From assembly GCA_963832165.1 (NCBI GenBank), contig CAWHTE010000011.1, positions 288,001 through 352,000 of the forward strand: DNA of 64,000 nucleotides, given 5' to 3'. The translations under genes were made by a program, and so were the position numbers. The DNA is from an uncultured delta proteobacterium. GTDB taxonomy: Bacteria; Myxococcota_A; UBA9160; SMWR01. How positions within the stretch are numbered: position 1 is the first letter of the stretch; the number at the start of each line of letters is the position of its first letter. Below the pieces are notes generated by a model. The model saw only the letters and a program-made list of their open reading frames with translations. It did no database searches and was not told the origin of the DNA. Positions 9,750 to 18,603 of the stretch are shown here, in pieces.

Positions 9750-10910
9750 ATGCCCCGAGCCTACTCCATTACTGCTGAAGCGATCGCCGCCGAGCGGCAG
9801 CGCGTGAATGACGACCTCAACCAGTTCGACATCGCCAGCGTGATCCGGCTCGACGAGGTCGCACTGCGCAAGCTCGGCCCCAGCGACGTGCGGCTGCGCA
9901 TCCTCGCGGTGTCGGCCGAGCACAACGTCGACCACGCCGCGCTCGCCGACACGATGAACATCGCCGAGGCGCGCGGCGGAAAGATCTATCCGGGCAACAG
10001 CGCGGTGGGCGAGGTGATCGCGGTCGGCGACCAGGTGAAGCGCTTCAAGGCGGGCGACGTCGTCATCACCCACTGCAACGGCGAGCCCGACAACTACGGG
10101 TACCCGCTGCGGATCTGGGCCTACGATCAGCCCGAATCGATCGGCTGGTACGGCGAAGAAGCCGTCGTTGCCGACTGGCAGATCATCCCCGCGCCGCTCG
10201 CTTGCGGTCTGAATCTCTGGGAGATTGCGGCGCTTCCGCTGCGCGCGCCCACCGCCTATCACTTGTGGCGGCGCGCGCTCGGCATCTACCGGCTCAAGGT
10301 CGGGCGCAGCCAGCGCGCCGTGCTCAACGTGCTCGGCTTCGGCGGCGGCGTCTCCGAGCTCTTCCTGATGCTCGCCAAGCACGAGGGCCACCGCGCGATC
10401 TTCTGCTCGGGCAGCCCGGAGCGACGCGCCCACCTCGAGTCGCTCGGGATCGAGCCGATCGACCAGAAGGCGTTCAACCGCTTCACGGGCAAGGACGACG
10501 TCAAGAACTTCAACAAGCACGTGAAGGGGATGACGGGCGGCGAGGGCGTTCAGATCGTGTGCGACATGCTGCGCGGTCCCGTGTACGCGGCGGGACTCGG
10601 CGTGCTCGCGCGCATGGGCGTGAACGTCTCCGCGGGTTGGCAGCTCGACACGGCCTGCAACTACAACTCGGCGAACCTCTCGGTGCGGCAGATCACGGTC
10701 GACCACGTCCACTACGAGACGGTCGAGGCATGCCACGCCGCCACCGAGCTCTACGGCAGCGTGTTCCGCCCCACCGTTCACCGCGAGATCTACAAGTTCG
10801 AGGATCTGCCGCGCGCGATGGCCGAGATGCACGAGAACGTCCAGACTGGCATCCCGATCGTGCGCATCGCGGAAGAGATGCCCGCGTCGGTGCGCCACCT
10901 CGTCCCCTGA
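9750..10910 (+). CDS. MDR-superfamily enoyl-thioester reductase, divergent crotonyl-CoA carboxylase/reductase-like
   Basis: GEVIAVGDQVKRFKAGDVVITHC, RIWAYD, QIIPAP...TAYHLW, GFGGGV; no Zn-ADH GHE motif. Confidence 0.6.
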   Translation: MPRAYSITAEAIAAERQRVNDDLNQFDIASVIRLDEVALRKLGPSDVRLRILAVSAEHNVDHAALADTMNIAEARGGKIYPGNSAVGEVIAVGDQVKRFKAGDVVITHCNGEPDNYGYPLRIWAYDQPESIGWYGEEAVVADWQIIPAPLACGLNLWEIAALPLRAPTAYHLWRRALGIYRLKVGRSQRAVLNVLGFGGGVSELFLMLAKHEGHRAIFCSGSPERRAHLESLGIEPIDQKAFNRFTGKDDVKNFNKHVKGMTGGEGVQIVCDMLRGPVYAAGLGVLARMGVNVSAGWQLDTACNYNSANLSVRQITVDHVHYETVEACHAATELYGSVFRPTVHREIYKFEDLPRAMAEMHENVQTGIPIVRIAEEMPASVRHLVP

Positions 10911-10922
10911 TCGGAGGAGCCG

Positions 10923-12056
10923 ATGATCGCAGGCATTCCGGCCGAGACGGCTGCGGGCGAGCGCCGCGTCGCGCTGACTCCCGACGCGGTGAAGACGCTC
11001 GTGCGCGACGGCATCCAGGTGGCCGTGCAGGCCGGTGCGGGCGACCGCGCGGGCTTCTCCGATTCCGATTACACGAGCGCCGGTGCGCGCGTCTCGCAAG
11101 GCGCGGCCGAGGCGCTCGGTGCCGATCTCGTGCTCAAGGTGGCGGCGCCCAGCGAGGCGGAGATCGCGTCGCTGCGCGAGGGCGCTGCCTACATCGGCTT
11201 CCTGCGCCCGCTCGATGCACCGCTGGTGGCCAAACGGCTCGCGGAGCGGCGCACGACTGCGTTCGCGCTCGAGCTCGTGCCGCGCATTACGCGCGCGCAA
11301 TCGATGGACGCGCTCTCCTCGCAGGCCAACCTGGCCGGCTATCGCGCAGTGCTGCTCGCGGCGCTCTCGCTGCCGCGGATCTTCCCGATGCTCGTCACCG
11401 CGGCGGGCACGATCCAGCCGGCGCGCGTGTTCGTGATCGGCGCGGGCGTCGCGGGTCTGCAGGCGATCGCCACGGCGCGCCGGCTCGGCTCGATCGTGGA
11501 GGCCTACGACACTCGCGCCGTGGTCGCGGAGCAGGTGCAGAGCCTCGGCGCGCGCTTCGTCACGCTCGACATCGACGCGGGCGACGCGCAGGACGCGGGC
11601 GGCTACGCGAAGGCGCAGACCGAGGAGTTCTACCAGAAGCAGCGCGCAGAGCTCGGCAAGAAGCTCAAGAACAGCGACGTCGTGATCACGACCGCGCTCG
11701 TGCCCGGACAGCGCGCGCCGCTGCTCGTCGACGAGGCCGCGGTGCGCGGGCTCAAGAGCGGCTCGGTGATCGTCGACCTCGCCTCCGAGAATGGCGGTAA
11801 CTGCGAGCTCACGGATCCGAACGGCCCCACGATCGCGCACGGCGTGACGATCCTGCCCGGATCCAACCTCGCGAGCGACATTCCCGCCAACGCGAGCCAG
11901 ATGTACGCGAAGAATCTCACCACCTTCGTGAAGCACCTCGCGCCGAAGGGCGAGCTGGTGGTCGACCTCGACGACGAGATCACGCGTGGCTCGATGCTCA
12001 CGAACGCGGGACAGGTCACCAACGACCGCGTGAAGGCGCTGCTCCAGTCCGCCTGA
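10923..12056 (+). CDS. pntAA: NAD(P) transhydrogenase alpha subunit, soluble domain I
   Basis: ERRVALTPD, PRITRAQSMDALSSQANLAGYRAV, GAGVAGLQAI, GGYAK, SQMYAKN. Confidence 0.9.
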   Translation: MIAGIPAETAAGERRVALTPDAVKTLVRDGIQVAVQAGAGDRAGFSDSDYTSAGARVSQGAAEALGADLVLKVAAPSEAEIASLREGAAYIGFLRPLDAPLVAKRLAERRTTAFALELVPRITRAQSMDALSSQANLAGYRAVLLAALSLPRIFPMLVTAAGTIQPARVFVIGAGVAGLQAIATARRLGSIVEAYDTRAVVAEQVQSLGARFVTLDIDAGDAQDAGGYAKAQTEEFYQKQRAELGKKLKNSDVVITTALVPGQRAPLLVDEAAVRGLKSGSVIVDLASENGGNCELTDPNGPTIAHGVTILPGSNLASDIPANASQMYAKNLTTFVKHLAPKGELVVDLDDEITRGSMLTNAGQVTNDRVKALLQSA

Positions 12057-12953
12057 TGCGCGCGCTCGCGCTGGTCCTCGCGCTCGGGTTCGCGGGAGCA
12101 GCTGCCGGCGGCTGCACGCGAAGATTCCCCGCCGAGCACGCCCTCGCTGTGGCGCGCGCTGCGCGCGAACGGCGGCGAGGCGTTCTACCTGATCGGCTCG
12201 GTGCATCTGGGGCGGCGCTCGATGCTGCGCTTCCCGAAGGCGGTGGACGACGCCTACCGCCGGTCCGCTGAGCTCGTGCTCGAGGTCGGCGCCGAGGAGC
12301 TCCAGCCGGACGCCATCGCGCGGCTCACCCAGCGCTATGGGTGGATCGAGCCGCCCGCGACGCTTCACGATCGCGTGTCGCGCCAGACCCTCGACCGGCT
12401 CGCGCGCTATCTCGCGTCGCGCCGCGAGAAGCTCGAGCCCTACCTGAAGATGCGGCCCTGGTTGATCGCGCAGCAGATCGACTCACGCGAGGCGCAGCGC
12501 GCCGGGCTCGACGCGGCGTTCGGGGTCGACCGCCACTTCGCGAGCCGCGCCGCGCGCGAGAAGCCCGTGGTGGGACTCGAGACCGCCGAGTCGCAGATGC
12601 AGATTCTCGCGTGGCTGCCGCGCGCGACGCAGGAAGCGCTGCTCGTCGACACGATCGAGCACGTACGCGATGCGCGCAACAGCAGCGAGGGCGTCGCACG
12701 CGCGTGGGCGCGCGGCGACGACAAGGAGCTGGAGCGGATCGTCTACCGCTCGATGAACGAATCCCCCAAGCTCTCGATCTACTACGAGCGCATGCTGATC
12801 GGCCGCAACGAGAGCATGGCCCAGCGGCTCGCGAGCCTCGCGCGCGACGGCAAGCTGCGCTTCGTGGTGGTCGGCGTTGCGCACATGGTTGGCGAGCGCG
12901 GCATCCCGGTGCTGCTGCGCGACTACGGCTTTCGCGTCGACCGGGTGAGGTGA
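12056..12953 (+). CDS. TraB/GumN family exported protein (frameshift near 12110-12140)
   Basis: Signal peptide, YLIGSVHL, FGVD, VGLETAESQ, RNESM, FVVVGVAHMVG. Confidence 0.75.
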
Positions 12954-12956
12954 TCC

Positions 12957-13670
12957 ATGAAGACGTCCGACGTCGAGCTCGGCTTCCTCGCGCTTCCCGA
13001 CCGCACGCCCGCCCCCGGCGTGGTGATGATCCACGACGTCTGGGGCCTCTCGGATCACACGCGCGACTACGCGACGCGGCTCGCGCGCGAGGGCTTTGCC
13101 GTGCTCGCGATCGATCTGTACCGGCGCGATCGCCCCGAGAAGATCGAGGACCCCGGTCGTTGGATGCGCGCGCTCTCGGATCCCCAGGTGCTCTCCGACC
13201 TGGGGGCAGGCGCGCGCTTCCTCGCATCGCAGTCCGAGACGAACGGCCGCGTCGGCGTGCTCGGCTTCTGCATGGGCGGCATGTATGCGCTCATGGCGGG
13301 CTGCGCCGACCTCGGATTCGCGGCCTCGGTGCCGTTCTACGGCCTCCTGTCGCACGGGCACGGGATCCTGCACGACCCGAACGGGCTCGACCCCGCGACC
13401 AAGCCCCGCGAGCCGATCGCGATGGCTGCGGAGCTGCGCTGCCCGCTGCTCGCGTTCTTCGGCGACCAGGACACCTTCATCCCCGAGAAGGATGTGGAGG
13501 CGCTGCGGCGCGAGCTCGCGCGTGCGCGCGCGAAGTGGGAGCTCGTCGTGGTGCCCGGCGCAGGGCACGCGTTCATGAACGACACGCGGCCCGACGCGTA
13601 TCGCCCAGAGGCGGCGGTGGAAGCGTGGCGCCGCACCGTAGGTTTCTTGCGCGCGCAGCTCGGCGGATTA
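12957..13670 (+). CDS. Dienelactone hydrolase family protein; no stop codon at the expected end (frame runs to 14414)
   Basis: GFCMGG, GDQD, GAGHAFMN, AWRRTVGFL terminal helix. Confidence 0.8.
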
Positions 13671-13694
13671 CGCCCTCGGGCTAATCCGGCCTAC
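13662..13694 (-). repeat. Single GTAG-type REP element
   Basis: Minus strand GTAGGCCGGATTAGCCCGAGGGCGTAATCCGCC; matches arms of the 25576-25659 doublet. Confidence 0.8.
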
Positions 13695-14401
13695 AACGGT
13701 CGCGCGAGCACGAGCGCGAGCGTGCGCTCGCGCGTCGCGAAGCGCGTGACGCTGCACGTCACGGGGATCTCGCGGCCGCGGTTGTCCACGAGCGAGGACT
13801 CGAAGCGGCGCGGCTCGCAGCCCTCGGTCATCGCCTCGAGCTCGGTCCACCACGAGGCCTGTCGTGCGCTCGGTACGAACGCCATCGCGTCGACGCCGAG
13901 CAGCGCATCGCGCGCGATGCCGAGCAGCGCCCCCGCGGCCGGATTCGCATCGACGATCAGGCCCGAATCGGCGTCGAGCGCGAGGAAGCCATCGGCCACG
14001 CGGTCGATTGCGGCGCTCACGGCGCGCCGCTTGGCGTGTGCCGCGCCCTTGGCGCGGCGGACCCCCGTGGACTGGCGCAGCCGCGCGACGAACGCCTGCT
14101 GGAGCGGCCGCAGCGCCGACTCGATCGCATCGCCGTGCGGAGCGCCCGCGGCCGCCGCGGCGCCGATCCAGCCGTCGAGCAGCGCGGAGGCGCGGCGATC
14201 GTGGACGCGCAGGCCCTCGAGCGCGGGCTCGGCGGGCCGCCCGCTCGCGAGCGCGGCCGCCGCGCAGCTCCGGAAGCGCCGCAGCAGCTCGGCCTCCGCG
14301 CTCGCCGGCTGCGGGGCCGCTCTGCCGAGCTGTGCGTTCAGGAGCGATTCGATCTGGACGCGGTGGCGGATCAGGAAGGTGGCGAGGTTCGCTCCGGTCA
14401 C
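13691..14401 (-). CDS. PAS-domain protein without an output domain
   Basis: DGFLALDADSGLIVDANPAAGALLG...GREIPVTCSV. Confidence 0.7.
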   Translation of the reverse strand: MTGANLATFLIRHRVQIESLLNAQLGRAAPQPASAEAELLRRFRSCAAAALASGRPAEPALEGLRVHDRRASALLDGWIGAAAAAGAPHGDAIESALRPLQQAFVARLRQSTGVRRAKGAAHAKRRAVSAAIDRVADGFLALDADSGLIVDANPAAGALLGIARDALLGVDAMAFVPSARQASWWTELEAMTEGCEPRRFESSLVDNRGREIPVTCSVTRFATRERTLALVLARPL

Positions 14402-14471
14402 ACCGGCAATTTAACCCCCGCACCGTTGCCTCGCCTCAACCTTTGCGAGCGATTTGCCGATGCGACCGGAG

Positions 14472-15110
14472 ATGGAAACCGCAGTCGAAAAGCACGTCCT
14501 CATCAGCCACGCCGGACCCGAGGCGTACGCGCCCATGACGCGCGTGATCCTCGCGAAGCTGGGCTACCTGATCCTGCTTCCCGAAGAGCTCGAGTCGATC
14601 GCCGAGCTCATGGACTCGCGCCCGATCGTGCGTCTGCTCGACGAGCGCCAGTTCGCCGACATCCCGGATGACGGCGACGGCATTCCGATCATCCTGCTCA
14701 CGGGCCGCCACGGCGCGACCGGCGCCGACGCGCGGATCGCGGGCGCGGTGAAGCGGCCCGCGGGCATGCACGAGCTCTATCGCCTGATCCAGCAGATCTC
14801 CGAGGACACGCCGCGCTCCACGCCGCGCGTGCCCACGCATCTGTCGGCGCACTGCAAGAGCGATGGCAAGGAATGGGGCTGCACGGTGCTCTCGCTGTCG
14901 GAGAACGGCTGCCTCGTGCGCACCCCGGAGCCGGTCTCGCTCGGTCACCGCCTCCAGCTCAGCTTCGAGCTCCCGCGCTGCGGGCGGATCCAGCTCGAGG
15001 CCGAGGCCGCGTATCAGCTGATCCCCGACATGGGTCTGATCTTCCAGTCCACGCGCCAGAAGGACCGCGAGGCGATCGCGGCGTTCGTGACCAGCGCGCT
15101 CCTGTCGTAG
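14472..15110 (+). CDS. Receiver-like plus PilZ domain protein
   Basis: RSTPR (RxxxR) and SLSENG motifs; MGLIF terminal strand. Confidence 0.7.
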   Translation: METAVEKHVLISHAGPEAYAPMTRVILAKLGYLILLPEELESIAELMDSRPIVRLLDERQFADIPDDGDGIPIILLTGRHGATGADARIAGAVKRPAGMHELYRLIQQISEDTPRSTPRVPTHLSAHCKSDGKEWGCTVLSLSENGCLVRTPEPVSLGHRLQLSFELPRCGRIQLEAEAAYQLIPDMGLIFQSTRQKDREAIAAFVTSALLS

Positions 15111-15115
15111 CTCTC

Positions 15116-15195
15116 GTAGGGCGGGAGAGCGAAAGCGATCCCGCCGTTCCGACCGTTGCAATGGCGGGATCCGCCTTCGGCTCCTCCCGCCCTAC
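15116..15195. repeat. Inverted REP doublet (REPIN-like) between convergent genes
   Basis: GTAGGGCGGGAGAGCGAAAGCGATCCCGCC ... GGCGGGATCCGCCTTCGGCTCCTCCCGCCCTAC. Confidence 0.85.
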
Positions 15196-16418
15196 TAGAA
15201 CTCGAACCCGAAGTCCGCGCGCGCCGTGTGCACCGCGTAGTCGTGGTCGCCGAAGTCCGACTCCCAGCCGATCCGCATCCGGACGATGTCGAGGATCTTC
15301 ACGCCTACCGCCGCGAACGGCGACGCGTACCAGTCGATCGCGGCGTGCGTGCCGAGAAAGTTCGTGAGCGACGCGCCTCCCTCCAGCCAGAGCCGCTCTG
15401 CACCGAGCGGATAGATCGCGAGCTTGGCTCCGTTGCGGGTGATCCACTGATCGAGCTCGGTATCGATCGAGATGTCCTCGATCTCGCCCAGATCGACGCC
15501 GCCGTAGTAGAAGATCGAGTTGGCGATCGTGAACTCCAGGGGACCCGCGTTCAGCCCGAGCGAGTTCACGCCGCCGCCGCCCACCATGTATCCACCCGAG
15601 AGGGTGTCGCGCGACACTCCGCCGCCGGTCTGCACGAGGGGAGTGAGCGACCAGCGGACGGGATTCCCTTCGCCGGGTCGGAGGATCCGGAGTGGGACGG
15701 CGAGCTCGAAACCCGCGTCGTAGATGTCGGCGCTGTCATAGCTGCGGTACTGGCCGATCCCCGTGAGATAGAGGCCCGCGCCGGGATCGGATTCGCCGCC
15801 GATCGTCACCGAGGCGTCGGCTGCCCACAGGTCGTTGAACGGGTCCGAGTCGATTCCGCCGGCGCTCGCATCGGCGTAGATGTCGAAGTAGCCCTCGTGC
15901 TCGTCCTCGCCGCCTTCGGGGTCGTGCGGGCGCAGCGCTCCGAGGCCGTAGCGGTCGAAAGCACCGCGCGCGAACAGCGCCGTGGTGGCGCGCGGGTTGC
16001 CGTCGAGCAGCGCGAGCGGCGTCTGCGAGCTCGTCTCCTCGTAGAACTTCGAGAGCTCGTCCGCGCCGTCGTCCTCGAAGAACTCCTCGATCTGGTCCTC
16101 CACGTCGGAGGGGGTGGTTCCCACGAACGTTCGCGAGAATCCAGTCGACGGAATTCGCACCGCGACGGTCGTCGGCGTGACCGCCTGGAACACGACGGCA
16201 TCGCGGATGCCCAGGTAGTCGAGCGTCGCGGTGGAGGCGAGGGGGAGTCCACTGAACGCCCCTTGCCGAAGGATGAAGTCGTCCACGATCTCTTCGAGAT
16301 CGTGGCCAGCTTCCACCGCGCTGCCCGCTTGCAGGATGAACAATTCGCGCGCGCCCGTGGCCGTCGACAGGCCGAGAACGAGGGCGATGACGGCCGCCGT
16401 GCGAGGCACTAGCGTCAT
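15195..16418 (-). CDS. Putative outer-membrane beta-barrel protein
   Basis: Signal peptide, amphipathic strands, C-terminal DFGFEF. Confidence 0.6.
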   Translation of the reverse strand: MTLVPRTAAVIALVLGLSTATGARELFILQAGSAVEAGHDLEEIVDDFILRQGAFSGLPLASTATLDYLGIRDAVVFQAVTPTTVAVRIPSTGFSRTFVGTTPSDVEDQIEEFFEDDGADELSKFYEETSSQTPLALLDGNPRATTALFARGAFDRYGLGALRPHDPEGGEDEHEGYFDIYADASAGGIDSDPFNDLWAADASVTIGGESDPGAGLYLTGIGQYRSYDSADIYDAGFELAVPLRILRPGEGNPVRWSLTPLVQTGGGVSRDTLSGGYMVGGGGVNSLGLNAGPLEFTIANSIFYYGGVDLGEIEDISIDTELDQWITRNGAKLAIYPLGAERLWLEGGASLTNFLGTHAAIDWYASPFAAVGVKILDIVRMRIGWESDFGDHDYAVHTARADFGFEF

Positions 16419-16481
16419 ACTGGGCTTACCTCTTCGCGGCCGAAATCCAGATTACGCAACTCGCGAGGCCTCGCCACCGTC

Positions 16482-17670
16482 ATGGCTTCCCATCGGGACC
16501 TCGATCTGTTCGCGCCCACTCCCGAGCACGCGCTGCTCGCCGACACGCTCGAGACGTTCGTCGCGCGCGAGGTGGAGCCGCAGGCGGCCGACCACGACCG
16601 CCGCGAGGCCTTCAACCACGCGCTGTTCCGGCGCGCGGGCGAGCTGGGTCTGCTCGGCGTGACGCTGCCCGAGGAGTACGGCGGCGCCGGGCTCGACGCG
16701 GTCGCAGCGGCGCAGGTGTGCGAGGCGCTCTCGACCTCCGATCCGGGGTTCGCGCTCGCGGTGCTCGCACACGCGATCTTGTTTGCGCAGAACGTGAACG
16801 TGAACGGCAACGACGTGCAGCGCAAGCGCGTGCTGCCCAAGGCCGCCTCGGGCGAGTGGATCGGCGGCATGTGCATGACCGAGCCGGGCGTGGGCACCGA
16901 CGTGCTCGCCATGGCGACGCGCGCGCGGCGCGACGGCGGCGACTACGTGCTCGACGGCACCAAGACCTTCATCACCAACGGCGGCGTCGACGATCACACG
17001 CTCGGCGACGCGTTCGTGGTGTACGCGCGCACGGGCGAGCGCGTGATCAGCTCGTTCCTGGTCGAGCGCGGGATGCCGGGGTTCCGACTCGGTCAGAAGT
17101 GGACCGACAAGCTCGGCATGCGCGCGAGCATCACCTCCGAGCTCGTGTTCGACGGCGTGCGCGTTCCGGCCGAGAACCGGCTCGGCGCCGAGGGCGAGGG
17201 CACGCGCGCGATGATGCGCAACCTCGAGATCGAGCGGCTCACGCTCGCAGCGATGTCGGTGGGCATCGCGCGCCGCTGCCTGCGCGTGATGATCGACTAC
17301 GCGAACGAGCGCAAGAGCTTTGGTGTTCCGCTGCGCGAGCACGGGCAGATCCAGCGCTACCTCGCCGAGACGTTCGCGGAGTACCGGGCCGCGAAGACGC
17401 TCGTCTACGACACCGCGCGCCGGCTCGACCTGGCCTCCACGGGCCAGCGGGTCGACGCCGACGCCGTCGAAGCTGTTCGCGAGCCAGGTCGGCAAGCGCG
17501 CGGCCGACGCCGCGATCCAGGTGCTCGGTGGCTACGGCTACATGGGCGAGTACGTGGTGGCGCGGCTGTGGCGCGACGCCAAGCTGCTCGAGATCGGCGG
17601 TGGGACGATCGAGGCGCACCACAAGAATCTCGCGAAGGACCTCACGCGGGATCCGTCGCAGCTGCGTTAG
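16482..17670 (+). CDS. Acyl-CoA dehydrogenase, isovaleryl-CoA dehydrogenase-like (frameshift near 17470)
   Basis: MTEPGVGTD, GTKTFITNG, KLGMRAS, QVLGGYGY, IGGGTIE. Confidence 0.85.
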
Positions 17671-17684
17671 GCAGGCAGGAGATC

Positions 17685-18578
17685 ATGGAAACGCTTCGCA
17701 CCGAGACGGCGGAGGGCGTGCGCGAGATCGTGCTCTGCCGCGCCGATGCCTACAACACGATCACGCCCGCGCTGCGCGACGAGCTCGCCGCGGCGATCGA
17801 CGCGGCCGACGCGGACCGCGACGTGCGCGTGATCCTGCTGCGCGCCGAGGGGCGCGCGTTCTGCGCGGGCTATGCGCTCGACTGGGGAACGGCCGCGCAA
17901 GCGCGCGAAGCGCGCGCGCAGCGAGGCGAAGCCGAGCGAAGTTCAGAAGGTGGGGCGAGCGAAGCCAAGACCGAGCGCGTCTGGGACTCCGTCGCCGACA
18001 TGCGCATGATCGGGAGCTTCGTCGATACCTACATGAAGCTCTGGTACGCGAAGAAGCCCACGATCGCCGCGGTGCAGGGCTGGTGCATCGGCGGCGGCAC
18101 CGACATGGTGTTGTGTGCGGATCTGATCGTGGCGGGCGAGGGCGCGTCGTTCGGATATCCGCCCTCGCGCGTCTGGGGCACGCCCACCACCGCGATGTGG
18201 GTGTACCGGATGGGTCTCGAGCGCGCGAAGCGCTACCTGCTCACGGGCGACGAGATCCCCGCGCGCACGGCGGCCGAGATCGGGCTCGTGCTCGAGGTGG
18301 TGCCCGACGCAGAGCTCGAAGCGCACGCGCGCGCGCTCGCGCGCCGGATCGCGCGCGTGCCGACCACTCAGCTCGTGATGCTCAAGCTCTTGTGCAACCA
18401 GACGGTGGAGAACATGGGCTTCGCCGCGAGCCGCACGCTCGGAACGCTATTCGACGGGATCGCGCGCCACACCCAGGAAGGTCTCGACTTCGTGCGCCGC
18501 GCCGAGCAGGCGGGCTTCCGCGAGGCCGTGCGCGAGCGCGACGATCCGTTCGGCGACTACGGCAGCCGCCGCCGCTAG
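17685..18578 (+). CDS. Enoyl-CoA hydratase/isomerase (crotonase) with an internal repeat-derived insertion
   Basis: AFCAGY, IAAVQGWCIGGG, YLLTGD; RBS GGAG before ATG. Confidence 0.85.
   Translation: METLRTETAEGVREIVLCRADAYNTITPALRDELAAAIDAADADRDVRVILLRAEGRAFCAGYALDWGTAAQAREARAQRGEAERSSEGGASEAKTERVWDSVADMRMIGSFVDTYMKLWYAKKPTIAAVQGWCIGGGTDMVLCADLIVAGEGASFGYPPSRVWGTPTTAMWVYRMGLERAKRYLLTGDEIPARTAAEIGLVLEVVPDAELEAHARALARRIARVPTTQLVMLKLLCNQTVENMGFAASRTLGTLFDGIARHTQEGLDFVRRAEQAGFREAVRERDDPFGDYGSRRR
17913..17965 (+). repeat. In-frame GAA-hairpin mini-repeat (encodes RAQRGEAERSSEGGASEA)
   Basis: CGCGCAGCGAGGCGAAGCCGAGCGAAGTTC; similar to 31172 and 32137. Confidence 0.75.
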
Positions 18579-18603
18579 GGCGGACTCCACGCAGCGCGCG
18601 CGG

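Noticed and set aside
16482..18578. 698-aa acyl-CoA dehydrogenase-crotonase fusion in the ORF track
   Set aside because: Caused by the frameshift near 17470. The true dehydrogenase C-terminus ends at 17670 and the crotonase has its own RBS and ATG.
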